Shown here piece after piece: positions 52,802 through 64,000 of a stretch of 64,000 bases of DNA (the stretch's first letter is position 1; every line of letters starts with the position of its first letter). The notes under the pieces are model-generated. The model was not told where the DNA came from. It saw only the letters and a list, made by a program, of their open reading frames with translations, and did no database searches. The stretch covers positions 50,282,001 to 50,346,000 of the forward strand of contig NC_043009.1 of the NCBI RefSeq assembly GCF_006345805.1, read 5' to 3'. Source of the stretch: Octopus sinensis (lineage: Eukaryota). The translations under genes were made by a program, and so were the position numbers.

Positions 52802-55800
52802 ACACACACACACACATATCACATTTACATTAAAAAGTCCTTTAATCATATTTTTTAATGATGATATAAAGATGTCTTGAATTTGTTTTTAGACATTTAG
52901 AAAAATAAAATACAATAAGTTTTTTTCCTTTTTTTTTGTGCTTTCTTTCATTTCTCATACACTGAGTATCGCAACATAAAACAAGATCTCAACAACAATT
53001 GCAAATATATATAAGTAAAAGGAAGAGAAAATGAATAAAATTGATTTTAAAACTGTATACATGACTTGTTATTATGGTTGACAGCTTGAAAGGAGAATTC
53101 TCTAAGTATGAAAGGAACTAGTTTATTGTCTTCATGTTCCAGATAAGAAAAATTAAAAATAATCTAAAAGATTTTATGCCTTCAGTAAGGTTATTTACAC
53201 AAGATCCAAACCCATGTTGTATTACAAATATAGCCACTGTACTGTACAAGCAATACAGTATAATATATCTATCTATCATAATGGGTCCCAAAAATCAGTG
53301 TTTTGGGCAAATGTGTCCAAACATTTGAACATTTAAATTGTCCAGTGCTAGGTTCTAAAACATCTGATGTTGAATATGCTTCTTAACAACCATTTCAGAT
53401 AATTAGGTTTATTAAGGTCAAAGTGAATTTCTCCCAGTTAAGGATTTTTTTTTTTTTAATGAAACAGAAAATTTTCCCATGTTTCAGGAATGCATGAGCA
53501 GAATTTGTAGTTAAGTTACTATTATTTTCTTAGAATGTAAGGAACCACAATTTAAAGACAATCAGCCCACACATATGGCATGTCTTATGTCTTAGAAGCT
53601 AAGCAAACAATAAGATACCATTGTGCCTGACTTACCAGGAGCGTCCAATTTGCGAACTACTCCTATGTATATAATTCCATTCAATCACAGCTGACTGGAT
53701 TCCAAACAATATTTCTAATTGTAATTGGCTGTCCCTCTTCTGTGGTTCCTTTATAAGGATCATTTGCTAAACTAAATATCACCATATACAATATTCCTCT
53801 AAAACATCTTAGCATTTCCTCAGACACACACAAATGCTCTCTCTCTCTCTCGCTCTCTCACATGTGCGCACACATATATACACACAGTGACCTGTAGGAA
53901 CAAAATACAAACAGACAGATTCTGCCTTTCATTTTTCTTATATTGCTAAAAATAAGTACCAGTAATATATTAGTTTCAATTAAATCAACTCCACTGTAGC
54001 ACTAACAAATTTGTGGTCTTGTATCAATACAAAAACCCATTATTTGTACATTTTTTCTTGTCGTAGTTATTGTTATTGTTGTTCTTGTTGTCAATGCTTT
54101 TGTTATTGCTGTTGCCTTTAGTATTTTTCATATTAATGTTGCTGTTGTAATTGCTATTGTTGTGATTATAATTATAGCTGTTATCATTATTACACTTGAT
54201 TCCATTTACATATTTCATTATTCTAATTACAATTCACTCAGACTCTTCTAGCTTAAGCTATAATAGTAGTCTGTAGCAGAGATCTGACCCTATTAGAAAA
54301 AGGTGCTGCTTTCACCTAGAGTGGGGATTTCGTGCCTGCACCTCCCTGCTGCATTTAACCCCTGGGACACAGGAAGGAGAAGGGATGGAAATGATTCAAG
54401 CAGTGATTATTCTAACTAACAGCCATGAATAATCATCCATTGAAATGAAGTCGAGGTGGTGTTGGTGGTGTTGGTGGTGAGGAGGAGACAGTGTAAATGA
54501 ACAGAACAGTCTGAAATTGTTTTCCAGGACACCAGTGCTATGATGCCATCATCATTTATAGCAGACTTTTATGACCATGAAACAATCACAGTTATCTAAA
54601 GATTGCATAGAGACACCGGAAACAACCAACAGTCTGATTGAAGCAAGAGTAACTGGTCAGTGAAGTGTTATGGGTATGTTTACAGTTATTCTGTTTCTCC
54701 TGGTGCTGTAATTGAATACCGAGGAAAATAAACTACTAATCCAGATAACAAATATAATAGATGAAAGTTTTTAGGAATACTGATACATATACACACACAC
54801 ACATGTATTTGTATGTACACACACACAAGCACATGTATACACACACGTGTGTGTGTGTGTATGTGTGCATGCACACAAGTATATTACATGAAAAAGAGAG
54901 ATGTTGCTCTGTAATGAAGCATTATAAATGGGAGCCCATGGTTCTGTGTTTAAGTTTGATTTGCCTGAATTTAGGTTTCACTCTGCAGCATGATCAACAA
55001 AGGACTTAGTTAGTGGGACTGGTTAGAGATATAGTGGACAAGAGAATCAGTGCTCACAGAATAATTTGAAACAGCTCAACCACTCCATAAATGTCTTTAC
55101 AATACTATCTCACAATATGACAATTTTTAAAGGTTTATGGACTGAAGGACAAGTGGTTGTTTTCAAACAGTTTTTCTGAAGCAGTCAGTTTGTCTATATA
55201 TCATTAGTAGTTACATGTATCTATGAATCATAAGTAGCACTAATTTCTACAAAAATGGAGTCAACCCAACTGAAAAATTGTGGAATACTCAATCGTTTAG
55301 ACAAAACTTCATGCTTTATACCTTATCAACTTGTTTCCAAATTCGTGAAATATTACTTCTAACAAAGACTCAGCTTGGTGCCAATATGAAGTAATAATAT
55401 CTTGTCCACTTTTCAACATTACAACTCTTTACATAGCTAAATAAAGTAAAAGATGGCACTTTCTCATAATGTTGTGGTTACCAAAGATTCTTAATTAACA
55501 GCTAACATTTTGTAATCATAATGCTTTCTCTCATACAGACACCAACAGCTGATGTTAATAAGGGTTTTCTGAATGTTGGCCACAAGTTACATGTCTCGAC
55601 CAGTCATTTGCAGTGCAGCTTGTCAAGACATTTAACTACATATATGTCAATTTGCATGACATGGTTGACAAGAGTGGTTCTACTACTGCATCAGTTGTTA
55701 TTGCAGTTTAGCACCATGAGTCCTGATCAAACAGATGCTCTAGCATCTATTTCAAAGATGCTCTAGCCATGATTAACATCTATATTTATGACTACATCGT

Positions 55801-55837
55801 TTGTATCATTTCCTTTTTAATATGAGAGAGTGTTTAA

Positions 55838-56057
55838 CCCTTTCGTTACTGTATTTATTTTGAGATGCTCTGTGTTTCTTTTAATTACTTTAAATATAAC
55901 AAAGAATTTAGTAAAATAACTTAGTTATCACTCAGCTAGTGATAGTCACATAAATTGTGACTAAGGTTTGGTGGAAGAATTTAATTCAAAACTTATGAAA
56001 ACAAGACATTTGTACTCAGAGCCAGAGCCGGTTTCAGCCAGGTTGGTAACGAAAGGG
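55838..56057. mobile_element. Second piggyBac-type MITE (family E)
   Basis: TTAA at 55834-55837 and 56058-56061; perfect 12 bp TIR CCCTTTCGTTAC/GTAACGAAAGGG. Confidence 0.9.
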
Positions 56058-56098
56058 TTAATGAAGGAGATTTGCTTGTTATCTTCAAGTATGTTGTG

Positions 56099-56134
<36 letters not shown>

Positions 56135-57679
56135 ATATCTTCAAGACCATTTAACAATTCCAGCCTAATGCTTCAGGATGATGTTTTTTTCATATGTAAT
56201 TAGCATATGGTATAGGTCTGGCTCCATAATTTACAGAAATGAAGAAAGGAATTGGTAGCAAGGCAAGAAGTCTACCTAAGAATTCCTCTTTGAAGCTGCA
56301 TTTACAATGTCATATTTAATTTTTGATTTTTTTTTTTTTTTTTTTGCAGTTGTTGGGGTGGGTCCATTTGAGACTATTAAAGCATCTAGATGCACTTCAG
56401 CACACATCATGCCTTAATGTGTAACAAATTGATAATCATTGATTTGCATTTATGTATACATCCCAACACCACAGATATGTGCAAGCCCGTATCTATGTTT
56501 CTGTGCCAGCAGCAAAGAAAGAAAGATAGATAGATAGATACATGCATGTATGTATGTATGCATATATGCATATATGCATGTATGTATGTATGTAGTATGT
56601 ATGTATGTATGTATGTATGTATGTATGTATGAGGCAAAACATGTCCAATATATTATACCTCAGTAGTACTTTTCGAAAGAACAGAGGTGAAACATTTTCT
56701 TATTTAACCTTATTATTTAAGCATAATTCTTCAAGAAATATGTATGGGTAAAATATCCTGTGTGCCACCATACATGCTCCACCACTACCATACATACATA
56801 TACAGTGTATGCACATCATGGATGTATTTGAAATACATTTAGCTAGTCAGCAGAAAACTTTTTCTTAGGGAGGCACATTCCACTCCGCCCACACCATTAA
56901 ATTTATATCAAAGAAATTATCATCAGACCCCAATGGAATATTATCAGGAAAGTGGGTAGTGGAACAGGGTGCTACATTGCTGTAGTTGAAAATTTGATTT
57001 AAGCATCCTTCAAAGAGGAAGGAGAGCCAAATTAAGTACATTAGGAATAATTAAAATTTGTAATGGAAATCTGAAGAGTAAATAAGAAGCTTTGCCCCTC
57101 CTCTCTCTCTTTTTCTCACTCTCCTCAATTCTCTCTCTCACTTGAGCAGCTCCTTGTAGATTATTCCTGACAGTTCTTCAATATTCCAACACATTCAAAC
57201 ACATAAGAATTAACCAATTTATTACTTAAATAGCTTATTGAAAACATATATTAATTCTTTTTTTCTTACCTTTTCTTAAATCATTTATTTTTTACTTCTT
57301 CATTCTCTACTTGAAGAATTTAGAATTTTCAGCATAATAGATTTCTGAAGACATAAGACTTATTTATTTATTTACTTATTTATAACACTGGATATCAATC
57401 AAACATGCTAGATTTAATTGAAAACAATCTGTATACTAAATTTGTTGCTTGGAGTTGCTGGAATTTACAATTTTTTTGGAAGCTCAGATTTGTTATCGCA
57501 GAAAAAAATGTCTCTCAATATATCTATACACATTTCATTGATCATGTAAGTACATCTATACATGTATAAATTAATCATAGGTGTGCACATTTTAACATAT
57601 AAGATGGATATCTATGTGTGTCTGTGCATAAGAGTGTGTGTAATATTTAAACTTACAAGACAGCAATCAGACAGAATTG

Positions 57680-57860
57680 TTAGTATGCCAAGCAAAATGC
57701 TTACTAGTATTTCATCCATCTGAGTTCAAATTTCACCGAGGTCGACATCATTTTTATCTTTTTGGGGTTGCTAAAATAAGTACCAGTTGAGCACTGGAGC
57801 TAACATAATCAACTTACACATTCCTACAAAATTGCTGGCTTGGTGCCAAAATTTGAAACC
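57680..57860 (+). mobile_element. Diverged family B-like SINE
   Basis: gagttcaaatttcaccgaggtcgac..aaaataagtaccagttgagcactgg. Confidence 0.7.
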
Positions 57861-58072
57861 AATATTTAAGTTTACAATTGCATAAGTGAATAAAGGTGTG
57901 TACAGATACATGTATGTATATATATATTTATACATATCTTAGTCAGTCAGTAGAAGGACTTCACTACCTCAAATGTTCTTAAAATTTAAATCCACATCTT
58001 TGTCTGTATATCTACCTTCTCTATAATGTTGCCACTTGATTTGAAAATTTTTGTATTAATGGAAAACCTCTA

Positions 58073-58165
58073 TAATTGGCTGATGAGTACTCAGCATCTT
58101 AAATCTGTTGTAATACTTACAACATTTAATAAAATGATGTAGTATGAAACGATCGTACCAAATTA
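58073..58165 (+). ncRNA. Type I hammerhead ribozyme motif with extended stem II
   Basis: ttgg-CTGATGA(58080-86)-gtact...agtat-GAAA(58146-49)-cgatcg-TA-ccaa. Stem I is ttgg/ccaa, stem II is 59 nt long, stem III is the palindrome ACGATCGT, and the cleavage triplet is GUA (58155-57). Confidence 0.75.
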
Positions 58166-58201
58166 CCGGAGTCATTCTTGTTGCTTATTTTGATTATTTT
58201 G

Positions 58202-58205
<4 letters not shown>

Positions 58206-58268
<63 letters not shown>
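58206..58268. repeat. (TA)n microsatellite
   Basis: Visible; about 40 bp downstream of the hammerhead. Confidence 0.97.
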
Positions 58269-58274
<6 letters not shown>

Positions 58275-60532
58275 GTATATATTGAGATAACTGCGATGTG
58301 CTAATGCATGCCTACATTGTTTTAGATTAACACATTTAGATATAACTGACATTGTTCAAGCCAGCATGGCAACTTATGGATAATCCCCTCATTTTTGTTC
58401 ATGTAACAGCCAAAGCTACCTCCACAAGCTACCACATAATAACTTTAACAGAGAGAACATGCTTGAACTTGTAAAATTTAACACAAGACAACAGGATGGC
58501 TATGTCTATGAAACATTAGTCAATTGCATAACTAACCAGAATAAGTCAACAACAAACAACTACAACAGTTTTGCAAAAAAATGTAGTTGAAATTGATACA
58601 CATGTTGGGAGTACTGAAACTCTTTGAACATTTCAAAAACTTACACTTTATAGACATTAGCTTATGACAATTAATTCATGCAATATGCACACAGCATTTC
58701 TGAGAAGCACATTTATATATATATATATATATATCCATATGTTAAGATCATTATGCATGCAGGAATGCAAAAAAGGATGTAGTTATGCATTGCATAAGAA
58801 TTGTTCCGAATTGTAAATTCTACGATTATTACTACTAATGTCTGCAGTTACACACATATAAACAACTAACCTAAGCAAAAATTGTAAAAACAGGTACACA
58901 TACATCATACTTGAAATAATCAACATACACACACATGAACACACTGAACTATAGGAAATAACAGAGAAGAGTTAAGCTAAACTTTCTATAATATGAAACA
59001 GATGATAAACAAATCCATGAATCTTCCTTTGGTTGGAACTTTGTAACAAGTTACTTTTCCCAAGAGTAGATAGCAAATTAATTTCAGTTAGTGAAACCAT
59101 GAGGCAAATTATTTTTCAGCTCATTAAATTGCAACAAGTTGAATTATGTATCACATTTAGAACCTATGATATTCCCAAACTGAGATATGATCTTGACATC
59201 CCTGGGCCAAATTTTCTTGAAATAGCTACCTGATTTGATTAATATATACCATATTTCATGGCTTAAGAGTCTGTGAAAATCAGCCTGCATTTTCTAAACA
59301 CAAAATCAGGGTTTAAGTTCCTGGAAAAGCCTACTAAAAATGAGATATATCTCATAAGTTTGTGCATCTTAAAAGCTGTCAAATTGATAAATTCAGTGAA
59401 AGAGAAAAACAAAAATAGGAAAAAAAAATGTAGCCACTGACTATACATTGAACTCAATTCTTACTGAACTGCATCAATACATATATCACCTTATATGCCA
59501 TTATTATATTCATACAAACACACACACACATTTTAAATTGTTATCAGTGTTCAACAGAAAACTGAAGTAAGGTGGCTGTCTAACAATCTCAGTCATCGTA
59601 GTTGTTATTTCTGGCTGTGTTAATTCAGTTTATGAGATTTTGATAGCCCATTTATTGAATGCTGCTTCAAAAGTGTCCATTTTATTGAAGTTTTCAATTG
59701 ATTCTGTACAATAAAAATACATTTTTGTCTGATTTAGGTAACTCTCATAGGAATGAAGTACTAAGATCAGCTGAGCATTTCCTACAGATAGCTATATATT
59801 ATATTGAACTAATCAATTTGTACAGCTAAACTATCACTCAGTGTAAATATGTACTCACTAACTTTCTGTGCCATCAGTATCAGGTTAACCACTCGCCCTT
59901 GCTTTTTCTGAGCCAACAACAACATATAACAATTCAATATCCTCACAAATTATTGGTACATCAAGCTCTTGTTTAAGCAACTAATAAGTGAGTATGATTT
60001 CACCTGAATTAGCATGTATGAGAATGCACTTGATAAGGAGTGTGCAAGACACATAACTGTTTGAGTATATAATTCAAACTATAACTCCCGTTGGTTAATT
60101 TTAGTATTTCAGTAGAATTTTAATCACACTATATCAAAATAAAAGTGCTAAGAAAGATTGCCTCCATTGAACTAGCAACAACATTCAGTCCTTAAATTGC
60201 TAAAATCTCATCTCATCTTACCCTATATTCTCACTAGCCATGATAGTAGGATGTCAGTTGCATCCCTTAGTTGAATTATTAATGGCTCCTCAGTCTGTAT
60301 GAAACCATTGGTACTAGGTTACCGTACATTACAGTGGATGCACACACACACATATATAAACACATATAGAGGTGATACATACATACTTACACACACACAT
60401 GTGTGTGGGTGGATGGTGTACATACATATTTACATACACACATAAATGTAATTGATAAATATATTTATATATCACTATTATCTTCTCTAATTTTAAGTTA
60501 TACGTTTCTATGTTTACAAGGATTGAACTTTA

Positions 60533-60541
60533 TGTGTGTAT

Positions 60542-60600
<59 letters not shown>
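60533..60600. repeat. (TG)n microsatellite
   Basis: Visible. Confidence 0.95.
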
Positions 60601-60601
<1 letters not shown>

Positions 60602-61296
60602 ACATGTGCATGTTGGAAATGATGTACTTTTTAAAAGTAAGTTTAGTGGTGCTTGACATTATAGTGGAGTATGAAAACCAAGTGACTAACCAAGTGGCAC
60701 CCAAGAAGCCACAGGACAGCTGAGTATCATGTACGCAGTAATTTAACTTGATTTTGTTCATTCACATGAATGAATCCTTATTTATAACAACACGCCAAGG
60801 ATTTAATTTTTTTTTTTTTTTTACTCTGGCCTCATTAAGTAAGTTCAGATCCTGTCTTCATGTTGACATAGTTTAAACAAAGATTTCTTCCTCCTTTCCA
60901 TACTGCTATCTTTTGCCAATTTAAAACTGCTGTGAAATATGTAATCAAATATGTAGTGGTAAAGAAAAAATAATAAATTGAAGAATACAGAAATATAAAT
61001 TTACCACAACTTTGATAGCCATCATTTCAAATCCTCTATAATTCAACATCTATATTGCTGTAAGTCCTTAAGGACCTTAACTTATCCATCTTATAATTAA
61101 GTGAACACCTTAATTCAGTCTTTAGGGACTTTCTTTTTACTGTAGCAATTTACCAGGCTCCTTACATCAGTCCTACTTGAATTGCAAATTCATTTTTTAT
61201 GAATTCTTAGAAGTACTATATTTTTGAAATTTGAACCCTCACTATTATGTAGTTACTTGCAAAAACAGGCTAAGATTATCATTTCTATCTGTGTAT

Positions 61297-61359
<63 letters not shown>

Positions 61360-64000
61360 AAGAGAGTGATAGAGTGTGTGTGTGTGTGTGTTTATATGAT
61401 GTGGCTAAAAGACAAAATTAAATGAACAGAAAATACTTTTTGAGGCCTGTGATTTAAAATCTCTTTAATGTTACTTTATTCCTATATTCTATTTCTTTAC
61501 CAATTAAAAATCAAAGATGAATAAAAAAAATGGTGAAGGACAAAAAAACAAACAGAAAACACAGACTTATCTATGGAGAAACTACGACTATTATAGTATA
61601 TCAATACAAATACTATTCAGCAGTAAACACAGGACAATAAAAGTAAGGAATATAATGCTTGAAATTATGAGGATAAACAAAAAATGAAGCTACACTTGTT
61701 GCCTAGTTTTGAACATATATTATTATACTGGTACACTTTAAATCCAGCTGTCCTCACTGATATTACTGATTTGTATTGTCTAGATATAAAGATCTGATTT
61801 TTTTTACAGAGATAAATGTGATGTAATATTCTAATGTTCATGGTATCAGTCAGCATAAATTAAATCAAAATTGCAGCGCTCGAAGATTAAAACTTGGTTG
61901 TGGTCTTCAACTGCTTTCCTCTGGTTCTCTGGTTCTAGTCACAGTTCTGTCTGACATATTGTGAAGGAATTTAAGAAATAAAAGGAAATGTTTTCAAATT
62001 ATCACAAAGATAGATATAGATGCAATTTTTTTTTCCATTTATACCTATATATGAGCCTGTGAATAGCAACAATAATACATCATATTTTCTCGCCATCCTA
62101 ACTCATATTGTGACATTATTATATAAAAGAATAAAAGTAAGAGTAAAAAGATATGAAATATCAGGTATTAATGTATCACATAAAATATAAATTTGCCAAT
62201 TTTATTTGAAAAGTATTCCTTCAAAACCAACATCCAGTCAATTCCAAAATATTCAATAAATAAAGGGAAAATTCTTAGACAATACCAGAGACAATTCGCC
62301 AATGTCACTAACTGGGAGAATAGATAATTCTAACCAAGGAATGAGTTTTATCAGTTGCTTCCTTATTATATTTTATTATATTTTTTCTCTTTCCTTTAAT
62401 TTATTTATTTTTCACTCAGCTACTTTTTCCTGAAGACAATTATTTCATTGTATGATCAGAGACTGGCTTCAATAGCTTACTGATAAACAAGGGACCAATA
62501 GATAGGCTGTTTTGGCAGACACTTTCTGCTTGATTGATCAACTCAACTGACATCCCTTTCCTAATGGCTTTTTCAGCCTGGCAATAATGGTTCTCTAACA
62601 AAAGCAATGCTCTTGTCAGATATCTGAGCCAGAAAATGTCTCTGATTAAGTGGACACATTTTGATACGACACTAAATATAAGTGCCAATTGGTAATGGTA
62701 ACAGTATTAATGAGAAAAAAATGGAAATGTGGTTACAAAAAAAGTGTCCAGATTATTAAATTCACAAACAATGACAGGTCTGTCAAACAGGCTGTGTGGA
62801 CTGAAGTAACTATATCCGCATTGCCATTATTTGCAATGTCTATGCTGTTTCCGTTTTCTACACCCCCTCGATCTTCATCCAATAAGTTCCTGCCAATTCT
62901 ACTGGATATTAATACATAGCAAGCTGGCTATATCCCCAAAACAAACTGTAGTTCTTTTGAAGATAAAGCCTGTACTTATTTCAAGTGAAGTTCTAATAAG
63001 CAAAATGGGAATTGCAATGTATCAGGTGAAATAATGAAATGTCAGTACCTTGTTACAGACATAGAGTAACAGTGTTCAATGTACAATAACAAGTTGAAAC
63101 AATATATGCATTAAAAAAAGCCATCCAAGTATCAGAGCAATGAGAATAGTCTATCACAGAATGGAGTAGAATAAGCAGGTCTGTCATAGACAAAAGTAGA
63201 TTGAACAGGTGTCTCACAGCAAAAAAATAGATCAGATCCCTCTCTAGCAGAAAAAAATGTAGATAAGCTTCTTATAGATAAACCATTTTGTTACCATTTT
63301 CCTTTTAATTTACGCTAGCTTTGTTTCAATTAATTTTGAAAATAATATAAAATTTAGGGAAATATCTTTTTATTAAGTGACTAGCCTAAAAGCAGCACTC
63401 CATGTGGACTTTTAAGCTAGCTCCTGTGAAGGGCTAATTGGGCTTGTGGCCCAAAACTAAATAGAGCTAAATAGCACAACTATAATAAGTCTATAATGAC
63501 TATATGCTCCGGTGGTGTTTGATAAAAGGTTAAGGACGGATGAGAATCAATTCTGTAATGCAATCATCCTATTGTTCCAGTCCCAATTTGAATTCCAAAT
63601 GTTGGCCAATTTGTCTCAAAGTTCTTATCTCATCATAAAATTAATAAAGCGAATGTCATTTATCTCCCCCTTGATCTTTGACATCTTCTGACAAATGCCA
63701 ACCAAGATGGTGTGAATCAGCCAAGCCTTACCTGCTAGAAATAGCAACCCAAATGCTTTTAAATCAGATGCCAATGCTGGATGCTAAAAAACAAATGAAG
63801 GGCAGATTTTCAATCCTGGGATCATCCTGATTCCAAAAAGATATAATATGTCTTTGTAGAGCAAATATAGACTGAGATACAGGGGTCCAGACAGACAGAA
63901 TTTCATGTTTATTATTATAGATGAGATTATATTAAGCTGGTATTTGGATCATAAATTAACTTAAAATTTTGACAGAGGGATTTAATTCTGATCAGTTTAA

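Noticed and set aside
59535-60004. Protein-like patches in one minus frame
   Set aside because: Many in-frame stops, no recognisable domain and no consistent splice sites.

Overview
AT-rich, microsatellite-dense eukaryotic DNA that looks intronic or intergenic. Its SINE families resemble the tRNA-derived SINEs of octopus, so a coleoid cephalopod source is likely; this is recognition from memory, not a search result. I found no protein-coding gene I can name, and nearly all long ORFs in the track are translations of (TA)n, (CA)n, (AAT)n or (TACA/TGCA)n repeats. What is supported: three recurrent SINE-like families (labelled A, B, C here) plus one chimeric SINE; TTAA-flanked piggyBac-type MITEs; decayed R4/Dong-like, other LINE and Tc1/mariner remnants; and several microsatellite-bounded tandem duplications and palindromes. 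The strongest unexpected signal is a near-complete type I hammerhead ribozyme fold with a long extended stem II at 58073-58165. Two degenerate or partial Penelope-type hammerheads (16297-16332 and inside a duplicated fold-back element at 9924-10678) accompany it. A few candidate exons are listed at low confidence.
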